A stretch of DNA of 61,842 nucleotides, counting the filler, from Hausera hauseri (Eukaryota): the NCBI GenBank assembly GCA_046269625.1. It is 10 parts of 10 records of this genome, joined end to end, with 100 filler letters (N's around TTAATTAATTAA, not from the genome) between each part and the next. Parts side by side here need not be neighbours in the genome. Positions count along the whole stretch, not along the records: positions 32,752 to 38,551 come from JBJURY010186860.1; positions 38,652 to 44,657 come from JBJURY010154644.1; positions 44,758 to 49,365 come from JBJURY010506686.1; 7 more parts are not named here. One strand, given 5' to 3'. Of this stretch, positions 37,913 to 49,465 are shown one piece after another. The notes under the pieces were generated by a model. The model was not told the DNA's origin. It worked only from the letters and a program-made list of their open reading frames with translations, and did not search any database. The translations under genes were made by a program, and so were the position numbers. Within the stretch, counting starts at the first letter, position 1; each line of letters opens with the position of its first letter.

Positions 37913-40299
37913 AAAACAGTGTTTCAAAATGTAAAAAACTTGTACACAAACTTCTTGTAGTTACCATTTTATTTTACTGTTATTGTATTAATAAACTGAT
38001 TCGCAATGACATTATTCATTATTGGAATAACAGAAGTACAATATAAACTGACGGGTTGTTTTTAACATTCATTACTGTTATAATTAAACATTGTGTTTCT
38101 ATGAAAGCAATAAAATGTACAACAGCAATGTTCTGTATAAACTCAATGTTTGATATCCCACTATTGACTTATATTTACAAATATGAAGAACTCACACATG
38201 GGTATCAGTCCCTCATCTCTACTGTTGTAACCTGCCTGCATTACGTACATTAACCTGGTAGGAGTGGCTGCAGCTCACTTTATAATGTTACAGATTTCAG
38301 ATGAACACTATATGCTACAGGAAAACATATCAGTAATGGTGTTGACATTATGTCTGTTTTTAATTGTTGCAGACATTAGAAATAATAAAATGGCATCTTA
38401 CAGGAAAGACACTGCTGACTCATCTTACAATGTTGACAGTACACTTCTGTTCACCTCACCATGACCAGCCTCATAGTGATTCTGTTAACATCTGTAACAG
38501 GCAAACAGACAGGCTAATCAGTTAGCGTTAGCTTACGTCATGTTTACAGTTNNNNNNNNNNNNNNNNNNNNNNNNNNNNNNNNNNNNNNNNNNNNTTAAT
38601 TAATTAANNNNNNNNNNNNNNNNNNNNNNNNNNNNNNNNNNNNNNNNNNNNTCGAATTTGTCATTTTATGTGTTAGTAAATGGTGATTGTTTAAAAAAAA
38701 TAAAAAAGAAATAGATAGTATAAACTCAAGTGGTTGGTGTGGTGATGGAACACACCATAGCGTGGGACTCATTGACTTATGAGAGATGGTTGATTGGTTT
38801 ATCATGCCATGATTTGTTTGCAACTCAAGCGTATGAGATGATTGGAACACTTTATTAATTTCTATGTTGCCATCATGAAATTCACAAATTCTTGCGAGTG
38901 CGGAGTATCTCGAAAAACTATGTCGTGGATAAAGAATAAAGTGGAACAATGGTTTAATAGAATAGACGAAATTTAATATCTGAGGATTAAAGAAAAGTGT
39001 TTTAGTAAAATGGCCTGGAATTGCAACGAAGGTAAAAATTGTCTCGGAATGATTACAAAATGTATCAACAACAAACGCCTTCGCTGTATAAAGACAGTGT
39101 TTCAAAATTTCGAGACGACAGAGAACAGAAGAAATCAAAACAAATATAGAAAAAAATGCCAAGAAGGACTGGTGGCAAATTCAATAAAATTTGGGAAACT
39201 AATAAAAACTGCAATAATCAGAATTTGGCCAGCCTCAGTTTTCTTTAAACGGATGTAAATAATAATGGGGTTTACACGGGAAATATTCGGCCTCCCCATA
39301 GCATTATAATAGATATGACCAAAATCAACAATCTTCTTCAAAATTGTTCTAAGGAACCTCGGTGAAACAGTGTAGGTTGGCCCATTAGAAATCTTGTATA
39401 CCAACAACAAAGGGAACGACGAAATGGTTAGCAATAGCAATTTATGTACCCATTTTAAATCATTTATATCATTTATTATTCCCAAAAGAGTTATATTATC
39501 TATCGAGGGCGGACCTGCCGGACCAATTGACTTTAAAGTGTTGTTCAAAGTGAGTTTTGTACTTATCAGGACCCGGTGAGAGATGATTATCAATTCCTCA
39601 TTGAGGTAAATACTCAATCATGAAGGTAAATCGGATATGTCGGATATACTCACATCTGGAAAGGGTAACCTTACAATGGAAAATATATATTTTAGAGGGC
39701 AATGTTGTACCAAAAATGACTTGAATAGTAAAATACGATATAATTAGATAAGATATATCATTAACGAAAAATATATTAAAATATCTGCCGAACGAATGAC
39801 ACAAAATTACCAGTCTCACCCCGTCGTGTCTCCAAAAAGGTTGTCGATGATCTTATCTGACTGATGAAACCCTTTGAATTGTGACTTTCAAAGAATTTAT
39901 TCTTCTTTACTGATTCAGTATGCGTTGAATTATTGAAAGACAAGAGTTGAAGTTTGTTAATATTGATCGGAGTATTAGAGGTATATTCAGGAGCTATGAG
40001 CTTTGCTGTCGATTGAGACGGTAGAATTGATGCTTGTGAAAGAGGTGGTAAATTGCTTGTAATATTGACGGTGTTGGTCCGCTGGGTACATGTAACAGTT
40101 ATCGTACTTTTAAGTGATGAATCTGCAGAGTGGGACAATTTGCTTGAAATTTTGTGTATGTTTCAATCGTTCCGCTTCATTTTTAATGAGGTCCATTTTT
40201 TCATTTCGCTATTATGCATTTGCAGCGTTAATCGATTTCCCCGTCCGAAACTTAGGTAAACTGCTACATATATCGTCACAATAAGTGGAGAGATCACAG

Positions 40300-42672
40300 T
40301 GTCATCAAACCATTCATCATAACTAGCTACATCCAGTTTATCTGGTACCTGAATCCCATAAACGTGAGCAAGAATTTCCGCATACGAACAAATGAAACTC
40401 ATGTGCAGTGGATCGTTCCGATCAAATTTTATCGGAATCGGCTGTCTCTTCGGAAGCTGCCAGAATAAAGATCCGTCTTCTGATGTAGTATCTGGTGGAA
40501 AACTATGAACTTGACGAATTTCGTTCGACCTAACTGCACGTATTCTCTAAATGACATTGGCCTCTTTCTGATCACTTTCATTGACGTAATGAGGTCTTCA
40601 AAACTATACTCTGATGACGTATCCGTATGGCTAGCTTGACTCAGATATCACTTAACGGCTGACGGTTTCAAAAAAATGTATCAAAAAACTTTTCTCGACC
40701 ACATTCAACACAGTGTTCTATTTTTCCTGGAAACGACTTCAGAGTACAATAGGGAATTTCGGTGTCAACTGGATCACTCAAATTTGAATAATTCTCAGTT
40801 ATGTGAGGTATTATAACCTGAACATCACCTTTTGTACTCATCGTTCCAGATTCAATGAGACACGGTCGTCCATGTACCGTCTGCCTTCCACGTAATCGAG
40901 GGCAATTAAACAGATGTCGATATTTTCAAAGAAAGTATCGCTATAGACATTTTCAGTAGTCGGGCAAACCATGTTCTGATGAGCCTCAATTCTCAGATCG
41001 GAATTCATTTCCAGTACTGACAAACGGGCAACAACGCTCTGCGGTTCTTTAATGTGTTTCTCTTTGAACAGGAAACGACGGTTTGAATGGGATTTTTCTA
41101 TGAGGTCATTGTCCGTAATGTGAATCTTGCTTGTATTTATTTCGTTAGAGTATATTTTCACATCTACATTCGTTTTAGCGTCATCTCTCTGCCAGGCTGA
41201 GTGTCGGGGTTTAGTAACTGTGGTGGTGCTCATTTCGTCATCAGCATTTGTTACTAGAGAAAGTGGTGCATCGCCACAAGAATTCATTCTATCATCTGCA
41301 TTACCGCAATTGTTCTCCTGTTTCTTCTCGGATATATTTGCGCTAATTCCCAGTAGTGCCATATTCTTCAGAAGTTCACAACCTATTGCACCACATCCAA
41401 GCATAAACGCCCGAAATTTTTGAAGCTCATTCAAAAGATTCATACTAATGCATCTTCGCAGACCGTCATACCGGGTTTTAAAATTTTTTCTATGTGAATC
41501 TGTAACCAGAGACTCATTCGAAAAAACAACCATTGTTGAATTGGGATGAACTAATGGGTAACAGCTTTTATTGCTTCCTGGGCTACAACACCGCCCAAAA
41601 ATGCGCACATTGGTTGAAATTCTCTGGATGATGTAAAACAAAGATTTTTAACAATCTTCCAGCACTCGTTATTTAGCTCTGTTCGGATAGACAATTTGAG
41701 AGATTCGTCAGATTTCTTAACTTCATTGTAATCGTTGATTGAGCCTTCGTCCGAAAAACGATGGTTGAGTCGATGGAACTTTTTCAGTGCCAGGTGTAGA
41801 ACGTGTATATGTTTAGAATACTGTTGCCGGCAGAAATCAGTATTTATGATTCTGGGCTTTACGTACTGGCCGAAAAAGTTTTCAAACAATAGCTTTTTGC
41901 ATTTTCTTTGACAACAAATTCTGTTTTTCTCTTACTGTGAGAATTCAGATGTACCTAACTGAAGTCGAAGTTCCGATTTTAACGGTACAATCACTTTACG
42001 CTCCAGTCCATTTATTTCTACCATTCCCTCAACATCCTAGAAATTGATAGTCTCCTGTTTTCAATCCATGCGACTCCCCGTTTAGGGCTTTCAAGACAAG
42101 ATTGGTTTTATTTCCATTATGTCTAATATAGAACTCAACCACTTCCTCGTCATTTTCCGATTCAATGGTGAATGACTGTCCAAAATCGCAAGAAATCACA
42201 CCGAGCAAGCCGATAGCATCGGCGACGATAAACTTTATATCTTTGTTCTGACAAAAATTGCTGATGAATCCGATGTGGACGAGACTTGTTTCAGTTACAG
42301 TGATACGCGCAACATCCTCTAAATCTTACAAAATAGCTTTGTTCGCATCGTTTCTCATATGTTCTGCCAACGACGTTAGAGTAAATGACGGAACGGTTAC
42401 TTTCACACACGGATTTAGCAGGCTAATTTTCGGCAACGTGGCTTGGGCTCTAGTTTTCAACGAAATCACGTCCTTCTCATAAATATAGAACTGCGTACCA
42501 CAATCTTCAGTTATGCATGGATTGGAATCGTGCAAATATATTTCTTTTATTCCGCCAAGAACGAGATTCTTAGCTATCTCCACGCCTAATCCCTTTAATC
42601 CATAAACATAGACCGATGACTGTAACATTAGCTTCATTCCAAAATCACCTAAGACATAACGTTGCCGACTAT
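40300..42672 (-). pseudogene. UBA6: Ubiquitin-activating enzyme E1, UBA6 type; intronless, frameshifted, C-terminally truncated
   Basis: YSRQRYVLGD (UBA6-type; UBA1 has YSRQLYVLGH), GLKGLGVEIAKN, AFLGGVVAQEAIKAVT, GCGAIGCELLKN, TDNDLIEKS..NR.FLF, catalytic EIPYCTLKSFP, DGSLFWQLPKRQP; stop at 42326 and several frameshifts. Confidence 0.88.
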
Positions 42673-42674
42673 AA

Positions 42675-43040
42675 TTATAATAATTTATTCTTATTTCTGA
42701 CGAATTTTCTAGTCTGTTGCTCTTTTCGATATTCTTCAGCGCTTTTCTTTAATTCTAATTGGATCAGCTTTGTTTTGATAATAGTTTCGTTTAACTGTTT
42801 TCGCGTTTTATTTCTTACGTCAATCAATTCAGCAGAGAGATGTTTCAGTGCTACGACTGTGCTATTATTCTGATTTTCCAAATCTCTTTGATCCCACTGC
42901 ATACTCGCTTTGATTTCTATTACTTCCGTTACTTTCTGAAAATTCGTGTTTTCATACATTGGAGATGTCTGACACCATTGTTGAGTTTTGCTATTCGTGC
43001 TTAATTTCATGGTGTGTATATCCAGAAACAAAATTAGCAT
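42675..43040 (-). CDS. Hypothetical coiled-coil fragment abutting the UBA6 pseudogene
   Basis: 121-aa frame rich in E/K/Q/L heptads; no family recognised. Confidence 0.3.
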   Translation of the reverse strand: MLILFLDIHTMKLSTNSKTQQWCQTSPMYENTNFQKVTEVIEIKASMQWDQRDLENQNNSTVVALKHLSAELIDVRNKTRKQLNETIIKTKLIQLELKKSAEEYRKEQQTRKFVRNKNKLL

Positions 43041-44109
43041 AACAGTTTTTGTATTAACAAATTTTTTTTAATTCAAAAAGTCAATATTTTATTGATTCAC
43101 GTTACTACGTCATCATCCAAAACTATTAGTCTGTATCTTTGCTTATTAATGGAGTAGGAATAAAATCTATCTTCAGGACATTATCTGAATATTTGACGGC
43201 TACTTTTATTTCGGTAGAACACTATATCGAACCATAAACCGGAATATACAATTCTGGATTGCTGTAGTCTAGACGAGGCACTCCGACACGACGGCGCACA
43301 ACTAGCATAAACATGTCTATTCGTTGGCGATTGGAATACTATTTGATAAGTTTAAAGATTAGGATTACTTGGTCCTCCGACCTTAAACTTATACTCTTTA
43401 CTTTAAAAACTTGAGCCCTCTCCCTGTCTCAAGCTTAATTTATTATATTGTGGTAATCAGCGGCCTGTGGATCCGCCGAGATCGATTACTTTTAATTATT
43501 TGACCTTAGTGTATGAGTTTCGTCAGGAGGTACACTGACGTGGCTCACCCTTATTTACTAGAATTTTAACAACCGACCTTTAAAAGGAAGGTATACCAAA
43601 AGAGGGATATCTGTATTTTATTTTATATAAGACCTTATTACAATACTTACTATTTTATTGTTAGTTACTTATGATTATACGTATCAAATAAACCAAAAAG
43701 AGACAATTAAAATATTTAATAACAATGAAATCTATGTAAACAATCAAAAAATGAAAAGAAGACAAATAATACTACTTACAATTGTCATACATATCGAGAA
43801 ATCGGGTATCAGTATAACTAGGTTCATGTCATATCATATATAGTGTCAGTATTTATAGTAAATCTACAACCACAACATGTGCAGAAAAATAAAAACCATT
43901 TTTAGATAATTACAGAAAAATAAAACTCATTTAATTTTCAATCATAATGTTTTTGTCAATCATTTCAATTTATTTCAATTGTTTTTCTCGTCAATCACTT
44001 CAATTTATTTCAATTGTTGTGCCATTTGTTCCGTGTTCTGGACAGATCGGTTGCCTAAAACTGAAGAAATTCCATCTTTAATTCCTTGTACTATGGTTGC
44101 AAATATTGT

Positions 44110-44385
44110 TTAATCAATTCTGATCAATTCAAATTTAATTTTTGTTTGATACAATTCTAATTGCCATGTTAAACCTTGTGATGAAACAAAATGACAATTG
44201 TCTAAAGGAAATAATTTTCGTAATCTTGTAATAACATCACATGTTAACAAAACATCTTTTTTCATATACAAAATTTTGTAATCTTTAAGATTTTTTCATC
44301 CAAACTTTGAATCATATGTTTCAATTGAAAATTGAAATTGTGTTTCATTATACATTTGAAATGAAGTTATATATCCATACGGATA
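44110..44385 (-). pseudogene. pPolB fragment from a different, AT-rich Polinton lineage
   Basis: YPYGYITSFQMYNETQ...LKDYKILYMKKDVLLTCDV...LDNCHFVSSQGLTWQ...TKIKFELI matches the pPolB YPY / YLKTDVLLLADV / PGLSW region. Confidence 0.75.
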
Positions 44386-45102
44386 TTAGGGTTATAACTT
44401 TTTTACAATCTCATTCCTGTATCAGAATTCGATGAACTGTTACCCACATGTGAAGAAATATCTTTCAAAAAGTTCACCAAAGAAAACGTTGGTACTACAA
44501 TGTATATCTACAGTGATTCAACTATCTACAGTACAGCGCACATTGCACAGTTCACGTGCAGTATACTATACAAGGCACAATATAATGCATGGTTTACTTA
44601 GTAAATACCGGTAAATCACTGCTTGTTGCTCAAAATAAATCTAAGTTTAAGCTTTTCNNNNNNNNNNNNNNNNNNNNNNNNNNNNNNNNNNNNNNNNNNN
44701 NTTAATTAATTAANNNNNNNNNNNNNNNNNNNNNNNNNNNNNNNNNNNNNNNNNNNNTCACCGATTATACGATACAAATTATTTTAATACTGTTGAAAAT
44801 GTACGTGTTGAATTAAAGAACTTAAAATAGAAAATAAAAAGTAGTAATAAAGTCTAAGTTTTTGTTTACTATGCATGGAAAATAAAGGGAATCCAGTATT
44901 CCTAATGTGGTCATCTGGTTGTATGTCATAAATGTTCTAACGTAACGCTTCGTCCGGAATGTAAATGTTTTATAACGGAAATTATACAAATTTATTATGA
45001 ATAGAAAACGTAAGTATCAAAAGAAACAAGACAAATTAATAACTTTATTGGTATAACATACAAAGAAATAAAAAAATATTCACAATAAAATTTAACAATC
45101 AA

Positions 45103-45850
45103 ATACTATAATGCCCATATGCGGCACTCTTATTTTTGGATATCTAGTCCATTTTATCGTCAAAAGGGTCCGACGCCTTTTTTGTATTGACTGTCATTAG
45201 CTGATGATTTTTGGTTCCAATTCGCTCCTGATCAACTGTTGTTCCATATTCATTTTCAAGTGCTTGAAGAAAGTTGTCAAACTACAAATCTGCTTGTTTC
45301 AGATTTATACCTTTTCATTTCAAAACAGGCCTGTTTTGGGTTTTCAATGCATAACAGTTCGGCCGTAGGGAAATTCCTTGGTACTCGATACATCCCTTGC
45401 TTTCAACCTTAAATTTGCCCGTAACACATGCGAAACGAGTTCAGTAAATCGGGTCGCTGGTGTCATAATTTGAAGTCTAACTCTTCACTGGATATTATTG
45501 CCTGTAAAAGTTGGGATCGTAAATCAACTCCACGGAACTCAAGGAAAAGGCTGTTCGTATCACGAGAAATTATTAAATCACAATTAAATTGGTGCCTATA
45601 CTTCTCCATCTCGATGTAATTGAGCTCATACATCTGTAACTTGGAAAGATTAAATGCGGCCTGACCAATGTATCGGGGCCTCTCTAATGTAACCATGTCT
45701 TTATCTAGAAGAACGGCAATCAGGTTACCAGTTATAATAATGCTTTCTTTAAACTAGGCTTTGTTAGCATATATAACAAGCTTCTTATATTATTGAACAG
45801 TTTCAAGTTTGACTTCTTCAACATATACTCGACGGTTTTGCCATATGTTG
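45103..45850 (-). pseudogene. pPolB C-terminal fragment (Polinton)
   Basis: TYGKTVE, VTLERPRYIGQAAFNLSKLQMY, RDTNSLFL (degenerate DTDS), PFDDK, AYGHY. Confidence 0.85.
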
Positions 45851-48494
45851 AGACCAACTAACTAAAATATTGAGACCGACTAATGGAACACTTTATCAAC
45901 ATTGATTCATAACGACTGATCGATTATTAATTACGTTGTAATATTGCGTGATACATGTTGTGTAATTCTTCTTTTTGCTTTGTTGAGCCCAAATGATGGG
46001 TATATCTCACCCCTGTTAATATGAGTGCTATGTCACCCAACGGATGGATATTTGATCGACTGGCGTTGAGTTCGAAATGTGAATAGGTTTAAGAAACAAT
46101 TAGATGTTAAATATGTTAAATTCACAATTCGAATAAAATTAGTAACCGACGAAATAATGTCGCAATTCTAAATTTAATTTTATAAACAAATATCCGAATT
46201 TAAATTCGCAAAATGAATCACTGAATCACTGAAGGAATCACTGAACATGACATAAGAACGCACTATTCAAAAATAGAATTTAAAAATAGGGTGACACGAC
46301 ACGATTGCGTTTTTACTAAAATTGGAAATCAAAACAGACCTATATAAACGGTATGAGAAATACAAAAACACACAATTATTACTTTGCGAAATCTAATTAA
46401 CATTTTATCTGAACGTAGTCTTCGAACTACTAAAAATGAATTCCAATTCAAATTCTACTCCCATGGACGGGTTAGCGAACGATGTGAACGTACAAACAGT
46501 ATCTGATAGAGAAGATCGAGAGGTTACGGATTCGTCACGCGACATCAGAAATAGAAATAGAAATGATACAATAAATGGTAAATTAAAATTTTGATTTTCG
46601 GTGTCAGTTGATCAAATATTCATTATCTTTTGTCGAGTTTATTTGTATTAATTGTTGTGATAATAAAATTTTAAATCGCAAATAAATAAATTTACTGAAC
46701 CTGAAGAGAAAAAGGAAGATTCTTCGAGACGGGAGCGAAGAAATGATACGTGGTATGATAATCTCGTCTGACAGGGTATATGAAACATCATGCCAGGAAC
46801 CAGCTACACAGTATGAGGAAGTAGTCGGATCTCGCGATGATTCCCCGCGAATATGTGAATGTCAGTTTTCATGAAAAGGAAAACAAAATCTTTATGACAG
46901 AATTCGTTCGAAGCTTGATAATTGTTGGTGTCTGGTCGCTATATCTTTTGTGAGTTTGGACATTGATTAACATTGAAGATTGTTAGAGTGGTATCGTCGT
47001 TAAAAGGTAGATTTATATATGATAAACTCAAGTCAGATGTTGTTGTATTTGAATATATATATAATGGTACAACTGAGAATTTACATGAATGGAGTTAAAA
47101 CGTCGAGGAATCAGACTTAGATGATGTCAAATATATAATATTTTAGCAAAGTTTTATGATCCTTTATAAAAAGCAGAATTGTATTGACATTGTTGGATAT
47201 TCAGGAATTAATAGCGACAAATGGGGATATTAGATGTCATTGCTCTACTACGGAAATTTCCCCGTAAAGTTTAAAGGTAATCGTACGAATATAGGTACAC
47301 GCTGTAATAAAGACAATTAACTTACGATAACCTTATAATATTCAACATTATATATTTTATTTTAATATCCTTATGGGACTAGTCTACAATAACATCCCCA
47401 CTAATTCCGCAGCCGATTAATGATAAAATTTTTATCTTTAGGAGATCCTATAGTTAATGTTTTTATAATATTACCCATGACGAGGCGAGTCTCTCCTGTA
47501 GTAAAGATATATATTAAACTCTTAGGAATTGAATAGATTACATTCGTTTAGCGAGATGAGACGGCAGACGAGATTATCGTTATGATGGTGAATCGGTTGT
47601 ACTATTACCCCAAAATATAATATGGGAAGAAGAAAACCAAATACCGAGTGAGAACCGCGTTTGTTTCAAAAAGTTTCGACGTTTTGACTGATTTTGTGTG
47701 ATATCGATTTATACATTTTGTTTATATTATTCATATCGATTTACCCCTTTAATTTATATGTACATTAAAAAACAAATCACTACCTTCATTATTTTTCGGT
47801 CGATTAACGACCTCACGTCTATTTCAGTCATATGATGTATCGATTAATAAAAACCACAATAACTGAAGAGAGAAGATTGACGAAATAAACAATGGCTACC
47901 ATATCTCTTTTGCAGATCCTTTTGACCGACTTACAATCAGAGTTTAATGAGTACTTGTTTGTAAACTGGAATATGAATTAAACCTTACATGTCAGAATAT
48001 AGCCCTGTGAACCTCAACCGTTAAACACTCCGTATGATCGAAGTATCAACTTGATGATTATTCAAATTTAAAATACACTTCATCATATTTGCATCAATTC
48101 AAATTTAGAATATACTTAATCATGTTTGTATCGAAATTAAATCGAATTATCGTAAGAGTTCCGGCATTCAGTTTTATGAAGAATTTTACATGGTGAGGTA
48201 GAGTCGCGGGCGTAGGTGGAATCGATGGGGTCAGGATAATGCATATACCTTTGTGGCAGAAAATAAAACCTTTAATGGGAAGTTACCCAATGAGCAGTAC
48301 GAACTACACCTTCTACAATTAGTAAATAGCATGTTTTGTTGTGAAAGAAATTTTGAAAGCCCCGTAATCTTTATATGTGGATACACATTAAGGTTGAAAT
48401 AATACCCCTGTATCTAACATATAAACTGGTGCCCCGAGTGAGGACACCTACCAAAATATTAAGGAAGCATTTTGTGAAGTTGCTTTTATTACAG

Positions 48495-48766
48495 GACAAA
48501 GAATCGAATGCGGAATTTGTTGCAGCCAAATAACCCTTCATTATGCCCTTTTCGTGCGATGCACACATTTCACTTGCGTGAAGTGTGCTGATAGATGGCT
48601 GGCCGAACATCAAAACTGTCCGTATTGCAGGAGAAAAGTAACCAGTTACAACTGTATGGGAAATACAGTTGTGGTCATACCCGATAATGAGGAAATAAGG
48701 AAGGAGGAGGATCCTAATGAGTTGTACGTACTGGGTCCGAATAGACTTGTGCAGATGGCCATTTGA
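48495..48766 (+). CDS. C3HC4 RING-finger mini-protein exon
   Basis: After the acceptor TTTTATTACAG: IECGICCSQITLHYALFVRCTHFTCVKCADRWLAEHQNCPYCR. Confidence 0.8.
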
Positions 48767-48909
48767 TTGAAATCTATTGAAATATATATTGATAATTATC
48801 GGTATTTTAAGTTATTGTGGAACTATTACAATACGAATAATAATAACGAAAGTTGAGGGTCATTTAGTATAGTGTTGTTGGATTTGCATAAGGATGTACG
48901 ATAATAATA

Positions 48910-49140
48910 TTGAATTCAGCTTGCGCGATATGTCGTAACAGAGAATGTTGTTCGCTATGCCAGTTCATACGGGAACTGAATCAGGAAGACGATTTGTTTA
49001 GATGTGGCAAGTGCAACGAAATAGTCAATCTGGACCTGGCCACTATGGATGAGGATTATTCCTTGCTGTGCCCGGTGTGCACACTAACTAACGAAGATTT
49101 AGAAGAAGTCGAAAGATTAATTGGAATGGATAATTTATAA
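48910..49140 (+). CDS. Small Cys-rich zinc-binding protein
   Basis: Four CxxC pairs: CAIC, CSLC, CGKC, CPVC. Confidence 0.5.
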   Translation: MNSACAICRNRECCSLCQFIRELNQEDDLFRCGKCNEIVNLDLATMDEDYSLLCPVCTLTNEDLEEVERLIGMDNL

Positions 49141-49249
49141 TAGATTGTTAATAAATAATGAGAATAAATGTTGTAGTTTAGAATTGTTATATTGATTAAG
49201 TCATTTACGGTAAGAATAAATTATTATTTCTTAAGAAATTGAAGAAGAA

Positions 49250-49365
49250 ATGGAAAGATGCCCCATCTGTTTGGACAACATAACGGGCGAAAGGACAGTG
49301 TTACCATGCGGACACATATACTGTCAACCTTGTATCAATACCTGGCTAGAAGAACAAAGCAACTG
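49250..49365 (+). CDS. Second C3HC4 RING finger, cut by the contig end
   Basis: MERCPICLDNITGERTVLPCGHIYCQPCINTWLEEQSN; preceded by a possible 26-nt GT-AG intron at 49210-49235. Confidence 0.8.
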
Positions 49366-49465
49366 NNNNNNNNNNNNNNNNNNNNNNNNNNNNNNNNNNN
49401 NNNNNNNNNTTAATTAATTAANNNNNNNNNNNNNNNNNNNNNNNNNNNNNNNNNNNNNNNNNNNN

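Noticed and set aside
32752-38551. Contig F as a linear element with 77-nt terminal inverted repeats
   Set aside because: The match is exactly 77 nt, a common assembler k-mer; it sits at the contig ends and encloses no coding content. Best explained as a graph break at a repeat.
38652-40300. Several 70-190-aa ORFs and possible 20-nt introns
   Set aside because: I could not build a consistent gene model or recognise a family; left unannotated.
43505-43555. Hairpin followed by CGAAAC on the minus strand, like a hammerhead ribozyme
   Set aside because: The CUGANGA core is not in the required position and stems I and III cannot be built.
46340-46900. TATA box, ATG and short exon-like ORF
   Set aside because: Short, no homology recognised, and downstream frames are closed; insufficient support.
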